Positions 28,056-36,691 of a stretch of 64,000 bases of DNA are shown piece after piece. Every line of letters starts with the position of its first letter. Positions within the stretch are counted from its first letter, which is position 1. Where the stretch lies: the NCBI GenBank assembly GCA_964566135.1, contig CAZMHM010000003.1, positions 79,856 through 143,855 on the forward strand, in the 5' to 3' direction. Made by a program: the position numbers and the translations under genes. The DNA comes from an uncultured Candidatus Saccharibacteria bacterium. Lineage in GTDB: Bacteria > Patescibacteriota > Saccharimonadia > Saccharimonadales > CAIOMD01. The notes below the pieces were generated by a model. It searched no databases, was not told the DNA's origin, and saw only the letters and a program-made list of their open reading frames with translations.

Positions 28056-28091
28056 AAAGGACCCGGACATACAGTTCCGGGTTCTTTTTTA
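28056..28091 (+). terminator. Intrinsic terminator after the small ORF
   Basis: AAAGGACCCGGA pairs with TCCGGGTTCTTT (one G-U pair) around the loop CATACAGT, followed by a T-run. It lies inside the over-extended track ORF 27936-28814. Confidence 0.75.
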
Positions 28092-28109
28092 TTAGGTTAC
28101 AATGACGGT

Positions 28110-28814
28110 ATGAAATTACATCGTTTTTATGTTGGCGGCGTCCATGATAAGTGGGGGCCACTCGAGCTCGATCATGTCATGTGGGTGCACGACGAGCGGT
28201 TACTTAATCAATGGCTACGGGTACTTCGTTTTCGGCCGAATGATCAGCTGGTGTTATTCAACGATGAAACAGAGCGAATCTACAAAATTACAAAAGTGGA
28301 ATTTCCGCATTCGGTGCATCTAGAACTCGTAACTGAGCTTGAGCGTAAACATCCAGCAAAACATTTGTATTTATTGTGGTCGTTGCTTAAAAAGGATAAA
28401 AATGATTGGGTTCTGCAAAAGGGTACCGAACTAGGGGTCAGAAATTTTGTTCCGATTTTAGCTGATCGGAGCGAAAAGACAGGGTTTGATATCGAACGTG
28501 CTCACAAAATAATTGTTGAGGCCTCAGAGCAATGCGGTAGGGCAGATATCCCTGACGTGCGCGAACCAATCACCACAGAGACTGCTGTTGCCGAATACCT
28601 AGATACTCCGTTGCTTATATGTGAGCAAGGCGAGCAATCAGTCGACCTCAAAAGTCTTGAAAGCGCCGCAATTCTTATTGGTCCAGAAGGTGGGTGGAGC
28701 CCAGAAGAGCGTCAACAGTTTGTTTCAAACAGCGTCCAACACATCGCAATAGCGCCATTTACCTTACGTGCTGAAACGGCTGCAATTGTTGCTGCAGCTC
28801 AGCTCTTTATGTAA
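28110..28814 (+). CDS. rsmE: 16S rRNA (uracil1498-N3)-methyltransferase RsmE
   Basis: MKLHRFYV is a typical RsmE N-terminus. The C-terminal SPOUT motif reads ILIGPEGGWSPEE...FTLRAETAAI. I prefer the start at 28110, where TACAAT (28098-28103) lies 6 nt upstream. The track ORF start at 27936 crosses a terminator. Confidence 0.85.
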   Translation: MKLHRFYVGGVHDKWGPLELDHVMWVHDERLLNQWLRVLRFRPNDQLVLFNDETERIYKITKVEFPHSVHLELVTELERKHPAKHLYLLWSLLKKDKNDWVLQKGTELGVRNFVPILADRSEKTGFDIERAHKIIVEASEQCGRADIPDVREPITTETAVAEYLDTPLLICEQGEQSVDLKSLESAAILIGPEGGWSPEERQQFVSNSVQHIAIAPFTLRAETAAIVAAAQLFM

Positions 28815-28883
28815 AAAGTACTTGCACTTTTTATTCTGTAGGCGTAAAACGGATACAGAGCAATAAACAGAGAAACGAATGCT

Positions 28884-29450
28884 ATGCCAAATTGGTTACA
28901 TGTACCGCATCGTAATGCGGAACGAAACACGCCGGTCGTAAGCCCCGAAGAAGCTGCCGATATAGCGCATCGCCAACAACTTGCCGATGAGCATCGTGGT
29001 GCCTTCACGAAAAAGCGAGGGGTCATTGAGCGCTATATTGCATACATGTATGAAGACAGGCAAAAACGCAGCCTGGCACTTGGTGGCTTGGGGCGTGTTA
29101 TTTTGCACCGCAAAGGTGGTGTTATTACAAGCACTGATCCCGAGAGTACCTTTAGCAGGATTAATTTTGGCGTAACGTACGACGGGCAAGTGCCAATTGT
29201 AGAAGTTGCCGTACATCCACTTGCGCCCAAAAAAGAACAATCATATCGATATATTGGTGCTCCATCAGGCCCGCACATAGAAACAAATCAACAGCGATAT
29301 CCGCTATTTCATCCGCTTGCATCCGAGGGCTTAGAGCGTGTAACAGAAGTATGCCTATTACTTGGTAGGGCTGTCGAGGCAGAGTCAATCGAATTGCCGT
29401 TCACTGACGAAGAGCTCGCTGAGCTTGGTTTACTCGACGCAGCTGCCTAG
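28884..29450 (+). CDS. Hypothetical cytoplasmic protein
   Basis: 188-aa ORF with no recognised motif, TM segment or signal. Several overlapping alternative-frame ORFs occur here, so coding is judged only on length and context. Confidence 0.5.
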   Translation: MPNWLHVPHRNAERNTPVVSPEEAADIAHRQQLADEHRGAFTKKRGVIERYIAYMYEDRQKRSLALGGLGRVILHRKGGVITSTDPESTFSRINFGVTYDGQVPIVEVAVHPLAPKKEQSYRYIGAPSGPHIETNQQRYPLFHPLASEGLERVTEVCLLLGRAVEAESIELPFTDEELAELGLLDAAA

Positions 29451-29451
29451 C

Positions 29452-29460
29452 TGTTACAAT
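29452..29460 (+). promoter_or_regulatory. Extended -10 TGTTACAAT, 6 nt upstream of the nuclease ATG (leaderless geometry)
   Basis: It starts 1 nt after the TAG (29448-29450) of the upstream ORF. The gap is 29461-29466 and the ATG is at 29467. Confidence 0.55.
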
Positions 29461-29466
29461 AAACCA

Positions 29467-30243
29467 ATGGCATATCACCAATACCGACGCAGTGCTCCAT
29501 ATCAACCAGGCCAAACGAGCCCTTATAAGCTCAGTCGCAGTAAATTAGAACTATTTACGCAGTGTCAGCGCTGCTTTTGGCTCGATGAACGACTCAAGAT
29601 TAAGCGGCCCAGCAGCCCACCATTTCAGATTAATAAAGCAATCGACGAACTTTTTAAGAAAGAATTTGATAGCTATAGGGAGAAAAAAGCCCCGCATCCG
29701 TTAATGACCGCATACAAAATTGATGCAATTCCGTATGCGCATAAAGATCTCGATGCTTGGCGAGAAAACTTTGTTGGCGTCCAGGCGCTACACGAACCAA
29801 CAAATCTTCTTATCTTTGGTGCCGTTGACGATGTATGGGTATCGCCAAAAGGCGAGCTGATTGTCGTTGATTATAAGGCTACTGCTAAAAAAACAGAGGT
29901 GAACTTAGACGCAGATTGGCAAAATAGTTACAAAAGGCAAATGGAAATATACCAATGGTTATTGCGACAGAACGGTTTTGAAGTAAGTGACACTGGCTAT
30001 TTTGTGTATGCCAATGGTAATGCCGAAGCAGATGGTTTTTTTGACCGGGTAGAGTTTAAAACCAAAGTCATTGCGCATACGGGTACGAGTGATTGGGTTG
30101 ATAAGACTATAACCGATATAAAGGCATGTCTCGAAGGTGATATGCCACCAGTCGGCGACAGTATTATGGGCGGCGAGTGTGAGCACTGTGCCTATGCAAG
30201 ACAGCGTACGGAACTAGCTCTACAACACCTCAAAAAACGCTAG
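29467..30243 (+). CDS. PD-(D/E)XK (Cas4/RecB-like) nuclease with four Cys
   Basis: Motifs GAVDDVW and VVDYKAT (D...DxK), plus QMEIYQWLL (QxxxY). An N-terminal CQRC and a C-terminal CEHC could bind a metal or Fe-S cluster. I prefer the start at 29467 over 29362, which overlaps the upstream ORF. Confidence 0.75.
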   Translation: MAYHQYRRSAPYQPGQTSPYKLSRSKLELFTQCQRCFWLDERLKIKRPSSPPFQINKAIDELFKKEFDSYREKKAPHPLMTAYKIDAIPYAHKDLDAWRENFVGVQALHEPTNLLIFGAVDDVWVSPKGELIVVDYKATAKKTEVNLDADWQNSYKRQMEIYQWLLRQNGFEVSDTGYFVYANGNAEADGFFDRVEFKTKVIAHTGTSDWVDKTITDIKACLEGDMPPVGDSIMGGECEHCAYARQRTELALQHLKKR

Positions 30244-30246
30244 CTA

Positions 30247-30978
30247 CTAAAAGTATGTACTCATACTTTTACCGTTGATGTAGACGTCTTGTATGACCCA
30301 GACATTTCCGGCATATTCCTCAGAAAAAATATCGATATTGTAATCACCAATAAGTGCTGCAACGGTTGGGCTTGATTTGCTTAACAAAAAGCTAATTTGC
30401 TCGCCTTGTTTGCCACTTGCTGCGGTGTACTTTTTTGTCTTATAACTACCGTCAGCAGGTGGCTGGAACGAATTAAGAATGACATTACATTTATTATTTT
30501 CATTACACAGCTTAAGCGCTTGGTTCGGGTCGTTGGTTTTCGAGGCTTTCGCAAATCCGGCCGCAAGTTTTGGACCCATCAGACCATTTGCCGTAACAAA
30601 GTCGCCTGATTTGATTGCCGCAAAGAATGTTCGAATACTATCAATCGAGGTTTTTGGAACAGCGACTTTTGGTGAAAGAACCGGTGTTGCATTGGGGTTG
30701 GCATTGCCAGCAATCTTTTTGGTTGTTGCAGTCGGAGTACTTGTGCTTGGAGTTGTTGCGGTACTACCAGCAGCTGGTGCGGTTGCCTTTTGTTGGCTGG
30801 CACTAAAATAGTCACTTGCTGCCGCGTTGCTAGAAGCTAGGCTATCTTCTCGTAATGATTTTCGGGCTTCATTGCTGACGGTGATTGCCACATAGCCAAT
30901 ACCAATCGTCACAACTGCTAATACGCCAATAATTAAAAGGGGAACAAATCCGTTCTGATTTTTGATATTCTTGGACAT
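30247..30978 (-). CDS. Membrane-anchored secreted protein, function unknown
   Basis: SD AAGGA lies upstream. N-terminal TM segment (FVPLLIIGVLAVVTIGIGYVAI), then an A/T/S/P-rich linker and a ~130-aa C-terminal domain. Confidence 0.65.
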   Translation of the reverse strand: MSKNIKNQNGFVPLLIIGVLAVVTIGIGYVAITVSNEARKSLREDSLASSNAAASDYFSASQQKATAPAAGSTATTPSTSTPTATTKKIAGNANPNATPVLSPKVAVPKTSIDSIRTFFAAIKSGDFVTANGLMGPKLAAGFAKASKTNDPNQALKLCNENNKCNVILNSFQPPADGSYKTKKYTAASGKQGEQISFLLSKSSPTVAALIGDYNIDIFSEEYAGNVWVIQDVYINGKSMSTYF

Positions 30979-31053
30979 TTTTATTCCTTATATATATGGG
31001 TAAATAGTACAACTATTTTTGGAATTTTACTATTATGGTTTGCTCCAAGGTCG

Positions 31054-31059
31054 TATAAT
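31054..31059 (+). promoter_or_regulatory. -10 hexamer TATAAT, 6 nt upstream of the serS ATG (leaderless geometry)
   Basis: Consensus hexamer. The gap is 31060-31065 and the ATG is at 31066. Confidence 0.5.
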
Positions 31060-31065
31060 AGAAGT

Positions 31066-32310
31066 ATGGTAGATATACAGTTTGTCCGAGAGAATCCAGA
31101 ACTTGTAAAAGAAAAAACCCAGCAAAAAGGCTATAACGTCGATATTGACGCACTTCTTGCCCTAGATGAAGAACGAAAAGTCCTTCTTGGCCAGGTAGAG
31201 TCGTTGCGACAACGACGTAATGAAATTGCAGCCAGTATGAAGGGTGGTAAAACCTCAGAAGAACTTGTTAACGAAGGTAAATTGCTTAAAGTCGAGCTCG
31301 CTGAGCGCGAGCAATTATTGGCAGAAACAGAAGAATCTTGGCTGGTGCTATTAAAGCAGATACCAAACTTTCATTTTGATGATGTACCCCTAGGCGGCGA
31401 AGAAGACTCCGTAGAGATAAAGAAATTTGGTGATACAAGCGGAATTGCGGTTGATCATCTTGATTTTGCAGTTGCTCGAGATTGGGTTGATTTTGATCGC
31501 GGAGCGAAAGTTGCAGGCGCAAAATTCTACTTCTTGAAAGGTGATTTAGCATTACTCGAAAACGCGGTTGTCCAGTATGCAATTGATTTGCTCGTTGGTA
31601 AAGGTTTCACCTATATGACTGTGCCTCACATGGTTAATTCTAATGTTGTAACCGGTACTGGGTTTGCACCTCGTTCAAGCGAGCAAAGCGACGAATACTT
31701 CATAGAAAATGAAGATTTATCCCTTATCGCTACCTCTGAAATGTCGATGACTGGGTATCATGCTGACGAAATACTAGAAGAATCAAAGCTACCGCTTTTG
31801 TATGCGGGGTATAGCGCCTGTTACCGCAAAGAGGCAGGCACGTATGGTAAACATAATCGTGGATTGTTCAGGGTTCATCAGTTTAATAAGCTCGAAATGT
31901 ACGCCTATACGTTACCCGAAGACAGCAACGCAATGCACGAGCGCATTCTTGGCATCGAAGAAGAAATTTGGCAGGCAATTGGCATTCCGTATCACATCAT
32001 CAATATCGCAAGTGGTGACTTGGGCGCGCCCGCTGCTAAAAAATATGATATCGAGTATTGGTCAAAGGTGGATGGTATGTACCGCGAATTAACGAGTTGT
32101 TCGAACTGTACTGATTTTCAAACGAGAAACCTCAATATCCGGGTGCGCAGGCAAGACGGCACCGTTGAGCTGGCACATTCGCTTAACGGCACAGCCGTTT
32201 CAATGGCCCGAACACTTGTTGCAATTATCGAGCATTTTCAGACTGACGACGGAAAGTTGATTGTTCCGGAAGTATTAAGACGTTACATAAACGGAAGGGA
32301 GATCCTATGA
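31066..32310 (+). CDS. serS: Seryl-tRNA synthetase
   Basis: N-terminal coiled-coil arm. Class II motifs are present (FRVHQFNKLEMY, TSCSNCTDFQTR, LNGTAVS.ART). Confidence 0.95.
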   Translation: MVDIQFVRENPELVKEKTQQKGYNVDIDALLALDEERKVLLGQVESLRQRRNEIAASMKGGKTSEELVNEGKLLKVELAEREQLLAETEESWLVLLKQIPNFHFDDVPLGGEEDSVEIKKFGDTSGIAVDHLDFAVARDWVDFDRGAKVAGAKFYFLKGDLALLENAVVQYAIDLLVGKGFTYMTVPHMVNSNVVTGTGFAPRSSEQSDEYFIENEDLSLIATSEMSMTGYHADEILEESKLPLLYAGYSACYRKEAGTYGKHNRGLFRVHQFNKLEMYAYTLPEDSNAMHERILGIEEEIWQAIGIPYHIINIASGDLGAPAAKKYDIEYWSKVDGMYRELTSCSNCTDFQTRNLNIRVRRQDGTVELAHSLNGTAVSMARTLVAIIEHFQTDDGKLIVPEVLRRYINGREIL

Positions 32311-32696
32311 TAAATAAACTAGAAATTGCCGGTATCCACACCGACGCAACGAAGGATATCCAGAAGTATGTCAAGAAAAAGGTAGGCAAACTTGATGCCT
32401 ATATGCCACGACATGCCCGCAAAAGTGCCCATGCCGAAGTACGCCTTAAAGAATCAAAGTCTAAGGATAAAAAACAATGCAGTGTTGAAGTTGTTCTGTA
32501 CTTGCCAGGCGAGGTCATTACAGCAAAAGAGACGACCGTAAATATGTACGCCGCAATTGATATTGTCGAAGAAAAGCTAAAGACGCAACTCCGTAAATAC
32601 AAGTCTCAATCGTCTGCAAAGAGTGGACGTAACGAAGTAAAAATACGCACCTTGCTTGGCAGAATAGTGCGCAAGAAATCATCAACTAAGGCTTAA
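32307..32696 (+). CDS. hpf: Ribosome hibernation promoting factor / RaiA family (short form)
   Basis: ATGA overlap with serS. The sigma-54 modulation protein/S30EA fold signature is present (YVKKKVGKLDAY..., MYAAIDIVEEKLKTQLRKYK). Confidence 0.85.
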   Translation: MINKLEIAGIHTDATKDIQKYVKKKVGKLDAYMPRHARKSAHAEVRLKESKSKDKKQCSVEVVLYLPGEVITAKETTVNMYAAIDIVEEKLKTQLRKYKSQSSAKSGRNEVKIRTLLGRIVRKKSSTKA

Positions 32697-32792
32697 CTTG
32701 CGTTCGTGTCAAAAGTGTTCGACAACAGGCCTTGACTTGAGGTACAATAGACGTCGAATGTCCGTGAGGGTAATGAAAGGTCTGTTTTTCTT

Positions 32793-35378
32793 ATGAGTAA
32801 TTTTCTGAAAACACTTCTTGGTGATAACCAAAAAGGAACTGTGCGTCGCTTGCGTCGCCGTGTTGGCGAGGTTAACAAGCTTGAGCCTAAGTATAAAAAG
32901 CTCAAGGATGCCGAGCTTGCAAAGCAAACTGAGGTTCTAAAAGAGCGACTTAAAAAAGAGTCACTTGATAAAATTTTGCCTGATGCGTTTGCGGTTGTCC
33001 GTGAAGCTGCATGGCGTAAACTTGGCCAACGTCACTTTGATGTGCAGCTTATTGGTGGTATTGCACTACACGAGGGTAATGTTGCCGAAATGAAGACAGG
33101 TGAAGGTAAGACGCTTGTTGCAACCGCGCCCGTATATCTAAACGCTCTCACCTGCAAGGGTGTGCATGTCGTTACGGTTAACGAATATCTTGCACAACGT
33201 GACGCAGGATGGATGGGCCAAGTGTACTACTTCTTAGGTTTAACCACTGGTGTTATTATCCCGGATGCATCGTATATTTATGACCCAGAATATACAAACG
33301 AAGACCACACCGATGAACGATTCCGCCACTTACGCCCTTGCACGCGCCAAGAAGCGTATCGTGCAGATATTACTTACGGCACAAACAACGAATACGGTTT
33401 TGACTATTTGCGTGACAACATGGTCCGCGAAGTCGACCAACTACGCCAACGCGAGCTTCATTTTGCTATCGTCGACGAGGTTGACTCAATCCTTATTGAC
33501 GAAGCCCGAACACCACTTATTATTAGTGCGCCAAGTACTTCAAGCGGCCAGGCATACACGCAATTTGCCCGCGTGGTAAGCCAGCTTAAGTCGGAGCTAT
33601 ACGTTATTGATGAAAAAGAAAAGCGAGTTTCACTTACAGACGAAGGTGTCGAAAAAGTTGAAAAGTTGCTTGGTATAAAGAACTTGTACGAAGAGGGAAA
33701 CATCCGTACGATTTATCACCTCGAACAAGCATTGCGTGCCCACGCGCTATTTATTCGCGACAAAGATTACGTGGTAACAAATGACGGCGAAGTTGTGATT
33801 GTCGACGAATTTACCGGCCGTTTACTTAATGGTCGTCGCTACAACGAAGGTCTGCACCAAGCAATCGAAGCAAAAGAGAGTGTCACTGTCCAAGAAGAAT
33901 CAATGACGCTTGCGACAATTAGTTTCCAGAACTACTTTAGGTTATACGAAAAACTATCTGGTATGACTGGTACAGCGCTGACCGAGAGCGAAGAGTTCCA
34001 TCAGATTTACAAGCTCGATGTTATCGAGATTCCAACGAATCGTGATATCCAACGTAAAGACCTGCCAGACCGCATTTACAAGAATAAGGCAGCCAAGAAC
34101 AAGGCAATCGTGCAAGCTGTAAAAGAATTGCATGAAAAAGGCCAGCCTGTGCTTATTGGTACTGTTTCAATCGAAAACAACGAAGAGCTTGGCTCTGCGC
34201 TTAAAAAAGCTGGTGTTCCTCACCAAGTACTTAATGCAAAGAACAACGAAAAAGAAGCAAATATCGTTGCGAAAGCAGGCCAAAAGGGTGCTGTCACCCT
34301 TGCGACGAACATTGCTGGACGAGGTACTGACATCGTACTTGCCGAAGAAGCGAAAAAGCTTGGTGGCTTGTTCGTGCTCGGTTCAGAGCGTCATGAATCA
34401 CGCCGTATAGACAATCAGCTTCGTGGTCGTTCTGGTCGCCAAGGTGACCCAGGTATCACTCAGTTCTACGTTAGTACCGAAGACGACCTTATGCGTATCT
34501 TTGGTGGTGATCGCATTGCCGCCCTTATGGATAGGCTTAAAGTTGATGAGGATATGCCACTCGAGAACCGTGTGGTAAGCAAGAGCCTTGAGAGCGCTCA
34601 AAAGAAAGTAGAAGGCTTTAACTTTGATGCTCGTAAAAATGTCGTTAAGTATGACGACGTGATGAACCGCCACCGTAAGGCAACCTACGAAACTCGTCGT
34701 GCGCTACTTGAAAATGCAAATATTGGTGATCGTATTCATCAATTTATTAAAGAAGAAGCGCAAGCACTCGCAAGCCTACCTGGCAAAGACGAAGAGTACG
34801 AAAAGCATATTACTGAGGTGTTTCCTTTTGATGAGCCAACACTTGATAGGTTGTTTGATGCTGATGCTGAAAAGTTTGCACAAGTGCTCGAGCAAGAAGC
34901 AATGGAGTTATATGAAGCCCGTGAGCTTGCGTTTACTCCAGAAATCATGCGAGCAGTCGAGCGTGACATTTACTTCCAGATTCTTGATAACTTATGGATG
35001 CAGCACTTAGAAGATATGGAACACTTGCGAGAGGGTATTCACTGGACGAGCGTCGGGCAGCGTGACCCATTAGTTGAATATCGTCGTCGAGGACAAGCCA
35101 TGTTCGAAGCAATGCAACATGTGCTTCGCCGCGAAGTGCTTCGTAATGTTATGCACGCTATGCCTATGAACATGGATCCAGAACACGCGAAGATGCACGA
35201 AACAGAATTAACGCGCGCTGCACGTAACTCAGTTGATAATGCGAACGTGATTACAGAGGCAGAAGTTATTCACGAAGACGAATTCAGTGGCCGCAAGGCT
35301 AAGAAACCAAGCCCAGTTAAAAAGAAAAAGGCTGCCCGCAAAAGCGAGCGCCAAAATCGCAAAAAGAGTCGTCGTTAG
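32793..35378 (+). CDS. secA: Preprotein translocase ATPase SecA
   Basis: Walker A MKTGEGKTLVA and the DEAD-like motif VDEVDSILIDEARTPLIIS are present. The sequence is SecA-like over its full length. The basic C-terminal tail has no zinc finger. Confidence 0.97.
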   Translation: MSNFLKTLLGDNQKGTVRRLRRRVGEVNKLEPKYKKLKDAELAKQTEVLKERLKKESLDKILPDAFAVVREAAWRKLGQRHFDVQLIGGIALHEGNVAEMKTGEGKTLVATAPVYLNALTCKGVHVVTVNEYLAQRDAGWMGQVYYFLGLTTGVIIPDASYIYDPEYTNEDHTDERFRHLRPCTRQEAYRADITYGTNNEYGFDYLRDNMVREVDQLRQRELHFAIVDEVDSILIDEARTPLIISAPSTSSGQAYTQFARVVSQLKSELYVIDEKEKRVSLTDEGVEKVEKLLGIKNLYEEGNIRTIYHLEQALRAHALFIRDKDYVVTNDGEVVIVDEFTGRLLNGRRYNEGLHQAIEAKESVTVQEESMTLATISFQNYFRLYEKLSGMTGTALTESEEFHQIYKLDVIEIPTNRDIQRKDLPDRIYKNKAAKNKAIVQAVKELHEKGQPVLIGTVSIENNEELGSALKKAGVPHQVLNAKNNEKEANIVAKAGQKGAVTLATNIAGRGTDIVLAEEAKKLGGLFVLGSERHESRRIDNQLRGRSGRQGDPGITQFYVSTEDDLMRIFGGDRIAALMDRLKVDEDMPLENRVVSKSLESAQKKVEGFNFDARKNVVKYDDVMNRHRKATYETRRALLENANIGDRIHQFIKEEAQALASLPGKDEEYEKHITEVFPFDEPTLDRLFDADAEKFAQVLEQEAMELYEARELAFTPEIMRAVERDIYFQILDNLWMQHLEDMEHLREGIHWTSVGQRDPLVEYRRRGQAMFEAMQHVLRREVLRNVMHAMPMNMDPEHAKMHETELTRAARNSVDNANVITEAEVIHEDEFSGRKAKKPSPVKKKKAARKSERQNRKKSRR

Positions 35379-35388
35379 TTAGTACTCT

Positions 35389-36675
35389 ATGAAGCATACT
35401 GTCGAGCTAGTTGAGCTACCGACTGGGGCTAAAGGCCTTTTAATTGACGTGCCTGACGCAACGGTTGTATCGTTTGATTTTAATTTTCGCGCCGGTGATT
35501 ACTTATCTCCCGTAGATAAGTGGGATACGGCTCACATCATGGAGCACTTAGTACTGGGTGCTAATAAACGCTACGCGAAATCACGTGATTTTAGTAAAGA
35601 ATTTAGCGCAAACGGTGCGTACAATAACGCTTCGACAGGGACGTATCATATGTCGTATGTTGCCGAGTGTGCCGAATTTGAGACTGAACGAATACTCGAT
35701 TTATTGTGCGTCGCCATAGAAGCACCGCTATTTTTGCCAGAAGAGTTTGATGCCGAAAAAGCGAATGTTCGCGAAGAGCTAAAAAGCCGTCGCAACAATC
35801 ATTCAATCGAGCTAAGCCTTGTTGCAGGCCAGGCAATCGGCATGATTGATTTGCCATATACCGAACGTGAAAAACAGCTAAAAAACATCACACTAGATGA
35901 CGTAAAAGCGCACTATGCAAAAACCCACACTAACCCCAACTTACGCTTTTTTATCGCAGGTGCTGTGGCCCCACATAAAGACGAAATCTTAAAACGTATT
36001 AGTGAAATAGACCTGCCAACAACTGGTGAGCGTATTGCGTTACCGGGCGAGACGTTGCAGCATGTTACCGAAACGATTCTTATTCCTGATTCCTCGGTAG
36101 AAAACGTCTATTATCGCTGGGAAACAGGCTTAGACCATGTGCTTACAGAAAGTGAAGATTACGAAATGGAAGCGTTGCTTGGCACCCTCATGGGAACTAT
36201 GCACTCACGGATTTTCGGCACTGCCCGCGAGCGAGGGCTCGTGTATGGCATAGGCTACGAGAAATATCGTTTGCGCGATAACCACATTTGGTGGATTGGT
36301 GGCCAAGTTTTACCAGAAAATATCGAACCGCTTTTTGAGCTTATTGCAAAAGAGCTAACTGCTGTGGCCGCTGGTGACTTTACGACAGAAGAGATGCAGT
36401 CGGCTAAAAATTATGCTCTCGGTAATTACCAACGTGGCTATCAAACGGTTGGCTCAGTGCTCAGCGCCTATATTGACCCGTTTGTCATGGACGAAAAAAT
36501 AGAAGAAATGCAGGCAGTAGAAGAAAAAATTAAAGCCGTTACCGCAGACTCTGTTATTAAGGCCGCACAACTGTGCCTTGCGTCGTATAATCCTTGGTCG
36601 CTTTCGTTTTATGGTGCTATCGACAAGATAAATCCTGAAAAACTACGCTCAATTATCAGCGCAACCTATAAGTGA
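35389..36675 (+). CDS. M16-family (pitrilysin/insulinase-like) zinc peptidase
   Basis: Inverted zinc motif HIMEH (HxxEH) with a downstream E. 428 aa. Confidence 0.85.
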   Translation: MKHTVELVELPTGAKGLLIDVPDATVVSFDFNFRAGDYLSPVDKWDTAHIMEHLVLGANKRYAKSRDFSKEFSANGAYNNASTGTYHMSYVAECAEFETERILDLLCVAIEAPLFLPEEFDAEKANVREELKSRRNNHSIELSLVAGQAIGMIDLPYTEREKQLKNITLDDVKAHYAKTHTNPNLRFFIAGAVAPHKDEILKRISEIDLPTTGERIALPGETLQHVTETILIPDSSVENVYYRWETGLDHVLTESEDYEMEALLGTLMGTMHSRIFGTARERGLVYGIGYEKYRLRDNHIWWIGGQVLPENIEPLFELIAKELTAVAAGDFTTEEMQSAKNYALGNYQRGYQTVGSVLSAYIDPFVMDEKIEEMQAVEEKIKAVTADSVIKAAQLCLASYNPWSLSFYGAIDKINPEKLRSIISATYK

Positions 36676-36678
36676 GGG

Positions 36679-36684
36679 TATAAT
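36679..36684 (+). promoter_or_regulatory. -10 hexamer TATAAT, 7 nt upstream of the prfB ATG (leaderless geometry)
   Basis: It lies 3 nt after the TGA of the M16 gene. The gap is 36685-36691 and the ATG is at 36692. Confidence 0.5.
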
Positions 36685-36691
36685 TAGCCTC

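Noticed and set aside
27936-28109. The 5' extension of the rsmE ORF given in the track (start 27936)
   Set aside because: The extension runs across the SD-led small ORF (in another frame) and through a strong intrinsic terminator at 28056-28091. RsmE homology begins at MKLHRFYV (28110), which has a -10 box 6 nt upstream.
28896-29388. A cluster of five overlapping 60-115-aa ORFs on both strands within the 28884-29450 gene
   Set aside because: They mutually overlap and none has start signals. The longest + strand frame (188 aa) is the only one with plausible protein-like sequence. Even that call is held at moderate confidence.
29362-29466. Over-extended N-termini in the ORF track (29362, 50660, 52022, 57524, 58102, 37762, 46914, 10128, 13846, 59986, 60533)
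   Set aside because: Each extension overlaps the preceding gene or a promoter element and adds non-homologous residues. Internal starts with ATGA coupling, an SD, or -10 spacing fit better. Coordinates are given in the features.
32328-32340. DnaA-box-like 9-mers (GTATCCACA at ~32331, TGTGGATGA at ~27680) that could mark an origin near parAB
   Set aside because: They are isolated single-mismatch hits inside coding regions. No cluster, AT-rich unwinding element or dnaA gene is present in the window.
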